Source: Camelus dromedarius
Taxonomy: Eukaryota
Direction: 5' to 3'
Assembly: GCF_036321535.1 (NCBI RefSeq)
Contig: NC_087436.1
Span: 120,220,001 to 120,284,000 of the forward strand
Length of the DNA stretch: 64,000 nt
Each line of letters begins with the position of its first letter. Position 1 is the first letter of the stretch. A model generated the notes under the pieces. That model was not told where the DNA came from and ran no database searches. It was given only the letters and a program-made list of their open reading frames with translations. Below, one piece after another: positions 12,017 to 25,800 of this stretch. A program made the translations under genes and the position numbers.

Positions 12017-13381
12017 CTGTAAGAGAGAGCGGAGACCACACGGGCCGGGTTAGAATGCGCAGGAACTGTCCTGACGGTGGACGCAGCCCCACCCTGCAGC
12101 CCCCGCCCTGCGGTCGGCCGGGCCATGCCGTCCCCGATTCCCACAGCAGCCTGCAAGGGACCCTAATCCTCGGCGGGGCTGGGCTCTGAGGGTCTCCGGC
12201 GGGAAGCCAGGAGCAGGAGGCATGGTCAGGAGGCTGGAGGCCAGACTGGGAGCCGGACGTGGCCCTGTGTGTTCCCGGCTGCGATGCTGTTTCCCCGGTG
12301 GTCCGGGCTGTCTTGGTTTCCCACCGCCCCCCTGTGGAGACTGGCAGCCTCGCTGGGGTCCAAGCCCCCAGCCTCTTACTGTCTTACCTTCTTAACCCTT
12401 TAGCTCCTCCTTTTAAACACAGAGCTCTGCACGCTAGCTTTTAAAAAAGTTTTTCTTCCAGACTAACAGAAGCTCGTTAAGAAATAAAGTCGTGCGGACG
12501 AGAGGCCTCATGAGCGCGCAGAGCCCACACACCGGTGTCTCGGGATCCGGGCCGCAAGCCCGGCTCGGGAGGGAGACCCTGGTGTGGGGTTCGGACACTG
12601 GGTCCCTGGATGTCCCCACGTGGCATGTGGGGTGCTGGCTGCGCCAGCTCCGAGCCCAGAGACCTGCTTGGCCAGGGGGAATAGGCTGCGACACCCCCCG
12701 ACCCCAACTCTGACATCCAGTGTGAACCAGCCCATGAGAGCTGGCCCCCGCCATTCTCAGTGACAACAGTGAGAGAGCATCGCGGGGTCCGGCAGCTCAG
12801 GGCTGGCAGAGCCTTCAGGCCGGCACCTGCCACGTGATCGGGTCACGCTAGTAACACCAGCCTCCCTGCGGGCAGCCCTGCTGGTGTGCAGCCCAGGGAG
12901 GCCGCATGGTGAGCAGGGCTGGGGGGGATCCGGCCCAGCTTGGGTTGGCTCAGACCCCGGGCCTCTCACTGTGGCTCTGCCTCCCTTATCACCGCGGAAT
13001 TTAAGAGTGGGTGTTGGCTTGGCCTCGGCCCTGGCGTGGGACAGTTATTCAAACACAGATCTCTCCCCAGGTGACCCGGAGTGACAAGCAAGTCAGGATG
13101 GGGTCGGCTGTGCTGGAGGATGGAGGCAGGTAGGCACCTGGGGTGGGACACGGGGAGCACCGGACCTGGGAGACGGGGGAGCATCTCAGGTAAGGTGAGA
13201 ATGGAGGGGGACCCTTGGCTGGAAGAGGCAGGGAGGTGAGCTCCCCCAGACTCCCCCACACCACGACGTCTGGAGGCTTCTGCCAGCTGCCTTGGAGGGG
13301 AGGTTTCAGAATGAGACTTGTAGAAACATGTTAGTGACCCCTGCCCCAGCCAGAGACCCACGGGGTCCCCGCTTCCTGTAC

Positions 13382-13436
13382 CTCGTGTGCCCCAGCTGGC
13401 ATCCAGGTCTGCTCCACAAGGGGCCAGATTGGCATT
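13382..13436 (-). CDS. ABLIM2: ABLIM2 exon (NANLAPCGADLDASWGTR)
   Basis: ctttctcttccag|AAT ... CGA G|gtacag; 55 nt, phase 0/1; matches recalled human NANLAPCGADPDASWGMR. Confidence 0.95.
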
Positions 13437-15292
13437 CTGGAAGAGAAAGAGAGAGGGCGGCAGGGGGCAGGTTGCAGGGGGCAGGCGGTCGCTGGGGTCC
13501 CGACAGCCTGGCCAGGGAGGAGGGTCAGCCCCCAGGGCCTGCTGAGGCCCGACGTGGAAGGGCCGTGTGCACGGCCGCACTCCCCCGGGCTGCTGGCTTC
13601 TGACGGGCAGCTTTGCTTACATGCCTGCTGCCGCCTTCCACACTATGCTGGCCCTGCCTGTCCAGGGAGTTCCTACCCGCTGTGAAGACAGCTCCCAGGG
13701 GCTGCAGCTCCCCTGGGCTCCGCAGCTGGCCTGGACTAGGCAGATGAAGGCTAGGCCCCGGCACAGTGCTGAAGCCGCTCCACAGGGCCCCTGCTCCCCC
13801 CAGACGCGCCATCCCCAGGTGCTCGGGTGGCCGGTGTCTGTAAAGTCCCCGGCGCAGACCCCAAGTGTCATGAGCACTCACAGTGTGGCTGTGACTGATG
13901 GTGACACTCAGGGGGTGGCACTCTGTGGGGCTGTGGACCTGGGAGCCCCACCACCCGTCTCAGATGCCCCCCTCACTTGTCCACAGCGTCATCAGCAAAC
14001 TTTGCCATTTTAGTGCATCAGGACTATTAATGTCTGGAATTCTCTTTCCTTCCTGCCCACCTGAAAAAGTCATCCTACAAACTTCTACGGAGGGTTCCCA
14101 CCCCGTAAAGCAGGTGCTGAGCCCTGCAAGGTTAGTGGGTCCCTCTCCTATCCAAAATTGCACCTGTGTTTGCACCTTGAGTCATGCTTTGTCGCTACCC
14201 ATAGTGGAGAAAAATGTTTTATTCGTGCCTGTATCCCTGCCACCTGGTACAGCATCTGAGAGGGGGTCGGGGCTCTTGGCCAGCGTTTCCGAAATTGGGT
14301 ACAGGGGTTAAATTTCAGTGCAGAGCGCTCTGCAGTTAATGGGGAGATTATATGCGTCACTCTTGGGTTTTGTTACAGGGAAAAGGGCTTTCAGCACAAA
14401 TATACTGTGATGAGAGATAAAGGAGGAGCTGGTCTTAGTCCCAGCGAGTGTGGGGCAGACGGGGCCTCAGGAAGCACCGGGTCCAAAGCCCTTCATCCTA
14501 AATAGGGAACCTGCGGCCAGAGATGCCGGGACTAGGGTGGGGAGAGGGGTAGGTGGAGGGTTGGAGCCAGACTTTACGTTTTTGATACTTTGTCCATTAT
14601 TGATTTTTTCATTAATTCGGGCTTTAAAAAACATTGCATTAGAATTTTATCTGGATTACTGAGTCCTTTGGCCAGTGCCCCCTGTGCCTCAGCGTAGTCC
14701 CAGCGCTGGGACCCAGGGCAGGGGGTGGGACGTTGCACCTCCTTCACCCCCAGAACAATTCTCCTTGGGAGTTTTCAAGATCAATTTTTGGAGACATTTT
14801 CTCAGGCCACTGACACGCACTCCCCCACCCTCCCCGTGCACCTGTCTGGTTAGGGAACCTCCTGCATAAAGCAAGGCAAACCCGCCACCCACCAGCCGTC
14901 GTCCACCTGGCCTGTTTGCGATATGAAAGAGAAATGCTGCCCCCTTGTGTCCACTGTCCTCCATCACAGGCTGTCAAAACTCCCGGGTCCCCACAGCCAC
15001 CTTGGGCAGTTGGAAACTCACTTCCTAGCAGCAGAACCAGCTTCCTCTGACCTGCCAGGCTCTAAGACAAGATGGAGGGAGGGTGAGGGCATCGTCTGGG
15101 TGGAGAGGGTGCACCGTGTCAGTAGAGATCAGGGAGAGAGCAGTCTACTGCTGGTCTTCCAAGTGCCAAGTCAGAGTGGGGTCTTCAGGAACTTTTTGGT
15201 GCAAGGGAGCCTTGGGTCACTGCTTCCATGTGTGGGCTGGGAGGAGAGCTAAGTGGATAGGGAAGCCCCACAAAGGCAGCACCAGCAGACAC

Positions 15293-15400
15293 ATTCACTA
15301 ATCTCCCCTGCAACCTCAGGAGGAGGGCATTATTATTGCCATTTTATGGCTGAAGCTCAGAGAGGTTAAGTAACTTACCCAAGATCACACAGCTAATACA
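15293..15400 (-). mobile_element. MIR SINE
   Basis: Core ctcagagaggttaagtaacttacccaagatcacacagct. Confidence 0.85.
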
Positions 15401-15684
15401 TGGAACTGTGAAAATTTTAACTCATGTATTTTACTTTTCAAAAATCATACTGGGATTGCTAATAGTGAGAATAAATTGTGGCCCTTTGCCACTGACTACT
15501 GTTCTTTCCTTGCAAAGCTCGCATTGGAGGGTGCAATTACACTCAATAGACACTGACGTGGAAGTAAGAAGGGGTAGAGAGTTCACTTGGGAACTACACT
15601 ATATATAGAACTTATGAAAAGATTTCACAACCATAATGTTACCTCAGAGTATCCTTAAGAGGGAAAGCTAATTTTTTTTTAAAG

Positions 15685-15805
15685 ACCAGGAAACAGAGAC
15701 TCAGAAAACTTAAGTAACTTACCCAAACACACACCCAGTAAGTGGCAGAGCTGAGATTTGAACTCAGGGTGGCCTGAGGTTAATGCATGTGTTCTTTCCA
15801 GCATT
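15685..15805 (-). mobile_element. MIR SINE
   Basis: taagtaacttacccaa...agtaagtggcagagctgagatttgaactcagg. Confidence 0.8.
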
Positions 15806-15834
15806 ACAGTTGGAAAACATCAGACTTTTAAAAC

Positions 15835-16400
15835 TTGTTAAGCTTTTCTTTGTAGTGACATACATAAACATTTTTATAAATGTTTCATGGACATGTGACA
15901 ACCTGATTCAAAAGATACGAATTTCTTTCATGTATCAACTAGACTGAACTTGCTGTTTGCACTATTCCATTGCTCTCTGCATTTTTTCTTTCACTAGATC
16001 CATGTTGATTTCAAGAGTCATATTCAAATCGCCTGCCACGCGTGCATTCGATCAAGGTCTCCGGCACTGCCACGCCGCCTGGTATGTGTAAATGCATGAA
16101 TGCCGTAGCTGCTTTGTAACTTGTGCCATCACGAGCCCGTGTTCCCTCTTTGTACCGCTAATCCTACTAATTCGCTTTCACCTCAGTTCCCGCCTTCTCT
16201 GATATTAGCGTCGCCACTCATGCTTTCTCTCTACTTGTGCTTCTGGCACGTCTTCCCCCTCCTTTGGCTTCCAATCTACTGGGAAAAAATTGTGTCTATT
16301 TTGGGATGATACATGTTTGTCTGTTTTTTCCTTAAATGATCTAATCTGACAGCCTTTGCCTTCTAGTAGGAAAGTTCATTCTGTTCTTACTTAGCATCAG
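15835..16400 (-). mobile_element. Ancient L1 (L1ME-like) fragment
   Basis: AT-rich tract with tttttataaatgtttcatgg and taatctgacagcctttgccttctagtagg, typical of antisense old L1. Confidence 0.45.
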
Positions 16401-17164
16401 GGTTTTTCAAAACGAGTCTCTTTCCAAGGGACCACCACAGAGATCTGTCAGTGGACAGGGGCCACTCTCTCACTAGCAGGCCAGGTGGTACACGTGGGAC
16501 CAGCGCTCTCTCATCCCAGAAGAGCCTTTAGTAGGTGGCTGTTTCCCTGTTCATTCCACAGAGACGTGTGAACATCCACCAGGCGGCAGGCTCTGCGGCA
16601 GGCGCGTTAGCAGGACACCCTGACAAGGTTTGGGACACACAGTGCTGGCGCTTGTGGCAAGTCCCTCCCAGGACGGCAGCCAGGCCCAGCTCTGCCTCCC
16701 CCAGTTTCCCGACTTCTTCCTTCCTTCCTTCCTTCCACGTGACAGTGAGAACTACACAACAGCTCACATCTATCCCTAAGCCCCGGCCGTCAGGCGCTCA
16801 GCTCAGCTTCGATAGTTTTCCCGCCCAGTGCTCTTCTGTGTGCTTCTGACAAAATATCCTCTCCGTCTTTGGGACTTGGTGTTCTGGGGTTTTTGGTCAC
16901 ACTGCCTCTCTGCCTTTAATTTAGCTCACCTCGGATCCTTTCTGAAAGTGAAAATAAACCCAGAAACAACTTAACATGTGACTCGGAGGAGCCCTGCTGG
17001 CCACAGACGTCAGTGAGTGGACATGTCCCCCTTGGGACCTCAGGGGAAGGCCCGCGTGCTGACGTGGCTGAGCTTTAACAGCCTGGCCATCAGTGGTCCA
17101 GCCCTCCAGGGAGAGACAAGCATAAAGCTACGCAAGAGTCTTACAGAGAGTGAAGGAAAAAACA

Positions 17165-17368
17165 GGAGAGATTTGCAGATCCTGACTACTACGTATAAAA
17201 TAGATAAGCAAGGTTACACTGTGCAGCTCAGGGAGCTATGTTCAGTATCATAGCAGCCCATAATGAGGAAGAATGCACGGATGTATTTGTATGACTGAAC
17301 AAGTGTGCTGTACGCCAAAAATCTACACAACGTTCTAAACTGACTTTGCTTCAATTAAAAAAAAAAAA
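17165..17368 (+). mobile_element. 5'-truncated laurasiatherian L1 3' end with poly(A) tail
   Basis: tataaaatagataagcaagg...tgtatgactgaa...gctgtacgccaaaaatctacacaacgtt...cttcaattaaa(A)n. Confidence 0.85.
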
Positions 17369-19158
17369 CTTCTCTTAAAAAAAAAGAACATTAGTAGGAA
17401 AAAGAGTCCCAAAGAAAAGTCAACTATAATTTTCACCAATCTCCCAGATAAGCAACGTGAAAAGCTAAAAATCTTCATGGGACAACGAACTCCATCTTGA
17501 TCGACTCCCCAGGATGGCTAGAAGGTCACCCAGGCTTCTAACACTTGGCTCCCCACCCCAAGGCTGGCAGGAGAGACCTTCCCAGGGGGTCTGGCTCTCC
17601 AGGCTGCAAAGGGAGGAAGACAGTGTCCCTGCCTGAGCGCCTGCATCAGCTGTTCCCAGACTCGCTCGCGGCTGGAGTGACTGCCAGCCACTCTGCAGGT
17701 GCAGGGAGCCACCCACCCATGTCCATCCAGCACGTAAACCAAGAGGCTGCACGACCCCATCACGGAAGGCGCGAGCCTTTGCATCTCTCAGCTGAATCAT
17801 TCTCTTAATCGTCTTTCACATTTTGAGAGAAACCCCAGGACCTGGCCTGGGGGGCGGTGCACCTCGGTGTGGACGTGGCCCAGACTGTGTCCTCAGTGCA
17901 CACAGCCCCCGAGCCAGAGCACAGCGGTACCAGGCGAGCACAGGGCCCTCTGACGGGCCCCCTCTGCCCTCAGGACCTGCATGCTGAGCTGAGAGGTCTA
18001 CACTCCGTGGGGCTGTGGGTGCCCTGGGGACGTGGGTCCTACTTTCTCCTGCCCCCGCTTTCCCTGGAAGGTGAGGGGTGGGGAAATCCTTAGAAGGGAA
18101 TTCAGGGAAGCATGCTACATGCGCACTCCGACTCGGCCATTCCAGAACAAACGGGGGGCACAGTTAGTGGGGTGGGCGGGGTCACAAGGCGCAAACCACG
18201 CAGAGGCGCGGGGCCAGGGACTGACACGGCAGCGGTCCCACGGAGCCCGAGGGAGACGGACAAAAGCCCTCAGGTGCCTGCTCTTGGATGTGCTGGTGGC
18301 CTGCACCCTGGATTCGAGTTCTGCCCGAGGGGACACTGTCCCCCACGTTAGACACCCATCACCATAACTGCCCCAAGGCAACACAGGGGGACAGAAACTT
18401 GAGTGGCTTCTCTTGGGGGGTGAATTGCTTTGGTTTGTGGACAGACTTCCTCTGACTGGGAAGAGGCTGCCACAGTGGTGGCAAGTCTCCAGGGGCTCTA
18501 TGTGTGGGGGGTTGGTGCCATCATGCCTGCCCCCCAGGGGCCCTCACTGGGGACCTAGCAGAGCTGTGGGAAGAGGGACAGACATCATGAAGGCCCAGAT
18601 GTGGGGGACAAGTCAGCACCAGAATGTCTGAATTGAATTCTCATGTCCTGAGATTTGGGGAGCTGGAGAGAAGGTCAAAGCAGCCTTCTGCTGGGAGCAG
18701 GCAGAGAAAGCCATCTCCTCGGGGTGGCTCCGGGGACAGTCACAGTGCTGGGACACCATCAGTGGTGATGACGGAGCTGAGAGCGGGGCAGGGGAATTCC
18801 AGGAAAAGACCCTGGGCTCACATTGCTCACGGAACATCCCCATCTTTTAAGGTCCTTATTAGACTCGAGGTCTCAGAAGAAGAATGCTTAGGAGGGCCTT
18901 ACGGAGGGTCTGATTCCTCTGGGGGACCCCACCACCCCAGCCCCCTCACACTGAGGTCTCCCTGGGGGCTGGCGGCTGGGAGCAGAGGGGAGGAAGGGGT
19001 GTTGCTGGGTTGTGGCCTGGCCCTGGCTGGAGCAGCGAGTCCCTGGGGCCCCTCCTCCTGGCTGCGTGGCCATGAAGCTGCGGGAACCACGCTAGGCTCA
19101 AGGTGATGTTAGTATGCACGAGCCGGGGAGGGTGAGCAGGGTGGGGTCAAGTACCTAC

Positions 19159-19220
19159 CCGGTGGTCCAAGCCATTCTTGCCATGTCCAGGGACAGGGTC
19201 AGACTTGGAATAGGGGAACC
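19159..19220 (-). CDS. ABLIM2: ABLIM2 exon ((R)FPYSKSDPVPGHGKNGLDHR)
   Basis: tctgtttcag|GG TTC ... CGG|gtaggt; 62 nt, phase 1/0. Confidence 0.95.
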
Positions 19221-21229
19221 CTGAAACAGACACAGCACAGCTCCGTCACGCACGCAGCCAGGCTCGGCCAGGCGCCGGACGGGGGCTTGCCCAGGCCAGC
19301 AGGGCAGGCGGGTGACGCCCGGAAGAGCACCCCTGCCTCATCTGAGACCTCTGACCCCAGGGCGCTGACTGAGGATGAGCCAGGAAGGGGGTGACGTCCC
19401 TGAGCCCACCCATGACACCAGGACCACCAAGGAGCCTGACCTGGCCTTGGGAGGCACCCGTGTCCTCCGGCAGCCTCGGGCCATGGCGTCATGTCACCAG
19501 GTCACCCAGCAGACGGGGAGAGCTGGGGACAGAGTGAGGAAGGAGTCCCGCGCAGGCAGGGCTGTGCCAGAGGCCGAGGCCAGCCCCACCAGAGGTGGCC
19601 GGGAAACTGCTCTATTTTTCAAAACTCTTGACCTGTTTGCATCTGGGGGATTTCACAGTAAAATCCTAATGTCTAGTTTTTCTCCCAGTAAAAAGTGCAG
19701 GTCTGAGACACGGGGCCCTGGACTCCCCGAGGGAATCTCACACCGGGTCCACCTCTACTGCTCACGTCCCTGGCTGCCCTGGGGATGGCCCCGGGCTTTG
19801 AGACCGCCCATGAACTTCTTCGGTGCCACGCCCGGAGAGCAGGGGGTGCTCCTGGCTCAGAGGTGAGTGTGGGATGCATCCTGGAGAGGAGGACAAGTGG
19901 CAGAGTCTGGCCCCCCTGAAGGGGCAGGCGACGCCCCCCCGGCGGGGGGGAAGCACCCCGAGGAGGCCTGTCCCCGTGCCTGAACTAGCTGTCCTCCTGT
20001 GGCCTGGGGGCCGGTAAAGAGCAGGGGGCCCCAGCAGCTCAGGCGCCAGCCCACAGCGCTGGCCCTGGGAGCCGCCGAGACGGCTCCGAGGGGCAGCGGG
20101 TCTCATTCCTCTGTGTTCACAAGGCCACGTGTGTGTATAGGACACAGGACCGAGGACCGAGCCTCCAAAGGTGAGGCGGGCGCTGTGCACAGAGCCGCCC
20201 GCCCGCCCACCCACCCGCTCCAGGAAGGCTTGCTTCTGAGCAAAGGGTGCTGACTGAGCCAGGCGCCTTCCATCTGGGGGGCGGTCCTCACGAGCTCAGC
20301 GAGGACACGGAAGACACCTGCACAGGCCACACCGGAGGGAGGGCCTCCGCTGGGGCCCTGCCTCGGGCACTTGTTTGCCCTGGGTGGCCGGCGGGGAGGT
20401 TCCCAACGGGGGTCAGGAAGAGCCTTTTACAACAGAGGGGCCCCCTCATCACAGGAAATCTCCGTGAACTCTGACACATGAAACAGACGCGAGCTAGAGA
20501 GACAGCAGCTGGACAAGGCGCTCGGGGCCGGGCCTGCCGGGCCCCCCTTGCTCCTCCCGTCGCCCTGGGCTCCTCCAGGCAGGCGACCCCACCAGCTCCC
20601 CCGTCTCACAGAAGGGGAGGTGAGGCCCAGGGACGCAGGGGGACCTGCCCAAGGTCACCCAGCCCTGGGACGCAAGACGGGGGCTCCTGACTTAGCCAGC
20701 TTCCTAGTCTAACACACTGAGCCCAGCACACTCAGGGATGTGAGGCCGTCAGGGTGAGGATCTGCGGGACCCTCCACTGACACACAGGAACTCTGATCAG
20801 CCAGCGATGCTGGAGCCGGGGTTGTCACAGCGGGGGCTCCCACGAGCAGCACAAGCCTCGGCCGGGAACTTGCTAGACAGGCCACGCCTCCGGCCCCCCA
20901 GACCGGCGGGCTCAGAGCTCCAGGGCTGGGGCCCAGCGGGCTGTGACTCCCAGGCGCTCCAGGGCACCCTGCCGTACACGAGGGCTCGAGAGCCACGGCC
21001 TCAGAGCTCCAGGCACAGCTGTGCCCTCGCTTTCAGCCTTACCAGGTCTTAACAGCGGTTCTGCCCCGGGTGCACGGCCGTCACCTGGACAGCTTCTAGA
21101 ATGCCGCGTGCTCAGACTGTTGGGTCCCAGGGCCTCACACTCACCCGGAGCGCGGAGACCTCACTGCCACACAGCTCCCTGACTGGTCAGCTCTGATTGT
21201 CTCAGCTCTTTTCCTCCTCCTGCCTTGAG

Positions 21230-22860
21230 CTCCTGCATCAGGTGTTACAATTTTTCCTTCAATCATCAAACATGACATAAGAAACTCACAAAGAGAAGGA
21301 CGGTCTGTCATGTTGACCCTGATTTTTCCCTTTCGCTGTTCTTCCTTTCTGAGTTTCCAAACCTTCTCATCACTTCATTTCCGTTCAGAGACCTTTCTTC
21401 AGCGAAGCACATCTGCCAGCAAAAACTTCTCTTAGTTTTCCTTTGTCTGAGAACATCTGAATTTTCTACTCATTGAATGAGTGGAAAATTCACCCAATGT
21501 AGAATTCAGCAACTGTCTCTCTGCATGTGAAAAACACCATGTCACCGTCCTCTGCCCCCTGTGGGTTCTGGGGAGAAGTCGGCCATCATTTGCATCGGTG
21601 TCGCCTGCAGGGAACATCGTATTATGTCTTTTCTCCCGGGCTGCTCTCAAGAGTATTTGTTTATGTCTTTATTTTTGATAAGTTTAGTTATGGTGGGTTT
21701 TGTGTGGGTTACTTTGGGCTTATCCCACTTGGGGTTCAGTCAGTTTCGTGAGCCTATAGGTTTATGTCCTTTGCCAAATTTGATAAGTTTCCAGTCATTA
21801 TGTCTTTGAACATTTTTCAGATCCGTTCTCTTCCTTCTGGGACTCCAGTTACAAGTGTTGTCCCACAGGTCTCTGAGGCTCTGTTCGTTTTTCTTTTCTT
21901 TTCTTTTCTTCTCTTCCTTTCTTTCTTTTTTTTTTTTTTTTTTTTTACTATTTTCTCTCTGCTGTTTAGATTGGACAATTTCTGTTGTTCTATCTTCAAG
22001 TTCGATGATTCCTCTGTCATATTCTGCTGTTCTGTTGCTGAAGCCATCCAGTGAATTTTTAACCTCTGGCTATTTTATTTTTCAGTTCCATGCTTTCCAT
22101 TTGATTCCTTTTTATGAAGTGTATTTCTTCTGTGAGATTTTCTTTTTCCTTTCTCAATTGTTTCAAGAGTGCTGGTAATTGTTTGTTGATGTATTTTTGT
22201 GACGACTGCCTTAAAAATCCAACATCTTGGAAAATTCCAGTGTCTGATTCTCTTCTGTGTTAGTATGTGTTGATTGCCTTTTCTCATTTCTCATTCAGAT
22301 ACTTGTCAGCATGGTTCTCGGTGTGATGAGTGATTTCCCACCGTACCCTGGACATTTGGACATCACGTTGGGAAGCTCCAGATCCTCATTAAGTCTTCCA
22401 TGTGAGCAGCTGTCGTTCTGTTTAGGAGTAACATGGGGGCCGGGCTTATTATGGGCTGTGGCTCCGATGACAATTTAGCTTTCAGAATTGCTCGTCAAAG
22501 TGCTCTTGTGACTCTGCTGAGTCCACCTGGTATTGCTGGGAACACCCTGGGGGCAAAATGTGCTTCCCTGGTTGCTCTGTGCCCAGAGGTAGGAGACACT
22601 GGCCATGGATGGAAAGTGTGTCCCTGGGCCTATTTTCCAGGGTGCTGGGTGCCAGGGAGGGTAGTCATCTGCCTGGTCACCTTGTCCACTGCATGGCAGA
22701 TAGAAGACACAAGTCCTGCGTTTCTCCTTCAGCCCCAGGTCCCTGGCCAGTCTAGCTTCCTCTCTCCACCCTTCGGAGTTCTGTGGTTGTCTGCCACATT
22801 GTTCCAGGTTTTTCAGTTGTACTGAGTGGGGATGAGCAGGGAGAGAGGCGTCTCTGCCAC
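21230..22860 (-). mobile_element. Old L1 (L1MC/ME-like) 5'/ORF1-region fragment with T-rich tract at about 21888-21947
   Basis: T-rich antisense L1 signature, e.g. ctcttccttctgggactccagttac, tcccacaggtctctgaggctctgttc, ccatccagtgaattttta. Confidence 0.75.
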
Positions 22861-25800
22861 CTCATCACTAGGGTGCTCTTGAGTGCCCTTAGAATTGGTC
22901 TCTCTAGGGATGGGACCAACTCTCAGTAGACTTCAGAGGTCCTGGCCATCCCATGTGCAGCCGGGGTTGAGAGGTCCTGTTTAGAAAGTCCCTTCACATA
23001 TCCAGAGATTTTACTTGACCCTCACAAGCCAAGGCATTACACATGAGCCCATTCTCCAGGTGAGGAAGCTGAGACCTAGTGAAATTAAGTATCAGGTCAA
23101 ACAGTTACTCATGAAGAGGAAAAGCCAAGTGCCCGGGACTCCAGCTTTGGGACCTCGTAAGCCCTTGTGCTCCAGCAGCTCCGTCCGCCCTGCTGAGGCT
23201 TTGCAGGTGTGGGGTCTTCTGGAGACCTGCCTGGCAGGTGGCATTGGCTGGCCTTAAGAGTGTGTGCCACGTGTGTGTATCAGAGGGAGAGACAGCATAG
23301 AGGGGGAAGGTGGATGTGCTGGTCCTGGGACGGGTGGCAGCTGGGTACTCTTGACCTGAGGATTATCAGGCCCTGTTAGCTCTGGACACCTGCCCACGCC
23401 CCGTGTCCAAGCTCAGCCTCACCCCTGTCACCTGCTCCAGGAAGCCCACTGTGGCAAATTTGCCCTCAGCATTCTGCTGGAACCACTCCTGGGACCCTGA
23501 GCATGGTCTCCTTGGGTCTGTCCCTTTTCTGGGCTGGCTTGTCAGAGGTTAGAGTAACCACCGGATGTGCGAGCAGAGGCCCCTCGCAGATGAGTGGATG
23601 ACTGTTCCAGGTGCAGCCTGAGACACAAGGCTCATCACGCACCCAGGAGGCTCTGCGGACATCCAGGGCGCCCTCCCCGGGCAGCTCCGTGGCAGTTTCA
23701 CCAGCGCCGTGACCGGCTTTCAGCTCCCTGGTGCGTGGACACGTAGCTTTGCAGCTGCCTGGCCCTGTGTAAGTCTGGGCTCCTTCTCTGGGCCTCAGCA
23801 TTCCAGTCTGAGGAAGGAGGGGTTCCTTCAGCCCCAAGGAGCCACGAACAGGAGGCCCCCTGGGCTGTCCGAGCTTCACGCTTCAGAAGCAAGTGAGAGG
23901 GGCCCACTGAAGGCTCCCCAGGGCTAGGCTTGTGGACTTGACTTGCTCTGCTGTGAGCGCCCCCCCCCGCCCCCCCGACCCAGGTCTCAAGCCACAGGAC
24001 GCCAGGCCTACATTTGAGCCCCAAAGCCCAGATGCTTCCTGCCAGGAGGACGGTTCATCCCTGTTTTCAGAGAAGTTGATTCCAAACTCAGAGAAGCTTG
24101 CTCTTGTACCAAGGTCACACAGCAAGTGAGAGGCTAGGATCCCACCCCGGGCGGGCCAGCACCTGGGTCTAGCCCTCTCTGCTGACCCTCCACGTGGTCT
24201 CATGTGCACTGTCACTGCCTCATGTTTGCCACAGTCACCCTGGTCTCCCCCACCCCGCCACCGCGCTGGGTCCCACGAAGGAAGGCTCTGCTCAGGGAAG
24301 ACCGGGGCACCCAGCGCCCCGCGGGCACTCTCTGGGAGGCTGCTGCATGCACAGGGGAGGTATGGGGGCGCCCCACTGGACCCTGCTCCCCAGTGGCTAA
24401 TGGTCGACGGGAGAAAGGATGTAAAGGGTTATAGGTGAGATGCTCCCTGCCGGGGTCGGGGGAGGGGAGACAGAGCTTTGAGATGGGTGAGGGGAGCCTC
24501 AAGACCCAATGCAGGGCTGGAGGGGGACAGAGGAGGCCCTGAGAGGTGCGACCTGAGCCACGGGCTCCTTCCCATGGACACCAGAGGGTCTCGCTCACAG
24601 CCTGTGCCTCTGCCACAGATCAGAGGCCGTACCCTGTCCAGTCCCTGGGCTGGGGGGCAAACCTGCCCAGTACAGGGGCCGCAGGGACTTTGCTAGAAGC
24701 AGAGTCCCAGTAAGCCCCCAGGGAAGGGCCGCAGCTCTACCCCAGGGCGCCCCTCTTGCACCCGGGGGTGTCTCTACCACTGAGGGGCCAACAGCGACTT
24801 CTCCTGGGCCAAGGCCCCTCCCTGATGTCTGGAGCCCCCACCGCTCCTGCTGGCACCAAACACAAGCAAGGGGCAGAGGGCACTCTGTCTGTCCAGCTGG
24901 AGGCCAGGTCTTCACAGACAGACCCACCGACCGTTCCCTCCCCAGGAGTCTCTGCACCAGGTGACCTCCTACCATCTGCTGGACGCCGGGTGGCCCGAGC
25001 CAAGCCCTCCGGTTCCCGCAGGCCTCCCCTCCCGACTCCCCTGACTACCCCCACCCTGGCGTTCCCCATCCCTGGCGGCTCCCCTGGGGCTCCCACACTG
25101 CGCCCCCCCCCCCCACCGCCCACACTTTGGGCGTTAGACTCTTTTGAGACAGTACCGCGGCCCAGGCACACGCCTGGGGGAGGGCCTGGCTCTCAGGACA
25201 CCTACCCCCAGGACCTCAGGCCCACCCGGGAGCCGAGGACCCCACCCTGTCTCTGGCCCTCTCTGCCTGTCCTAAAATGAGGGTGTGGACTGACGTCCTG
25301 TCAGTGCGACCCTACCCCTGGGGTCCTCAGGTCACAATGCCCACCTGAGCATGTGTCCCCCTCCCAAAATTCTCATGGGATTGGCGGATAGCAAATCAGG
25401 TCCCTCTTTCTTTCAACCATGGACGAAGACATGTGAGAATGATTTTTTCTCGCCTGGGAGCTCCAGAGGACTCACGGGGGATGGGGAAAGCCATTTCCAT
25501 CCAAGACCCCAGCCCACTTTCTTCCCGCGAGCAGGGGAAGAAAAGTGGAACGGAGGCGCCGTCTCCCAACCATCACGCCGATGTGCCCTGTGAGGCACCC
25601 AGGAAGCGATCTCGGGCCTGGGCAGGGTGGGCGGCCCACGAAGACAAGCTCGTCCCATCAAGCATGGGCCTCCACGGGGACGGACACACGGCAGGTGACA
25701 CACAGTGGCAAAGCCACAGGCAGGGTGGGGCAGTGGCCCACACTGGACCACCCGTCTGTGCTGCCTTCGTTTCTAACGCACAGCTGTCCCCACCCCAATC

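Larger units (their letters stand above)
11590..12200. promoter_or_regulatory. Intragenic CpG-rich island spanning the 81-nt exon and the 8-nt microexon
   Basis: Dense CG dinucleotides by eye; observed/expected ratio not computed. Confidence 0.55.

Noticed and set aside
14319..14334. Perfect 16-bp palindrome TGCAGAGCGCTCTGCA
   Set aside because: About one such palindrome is expected by chance in 64 kb (64000/4^8).
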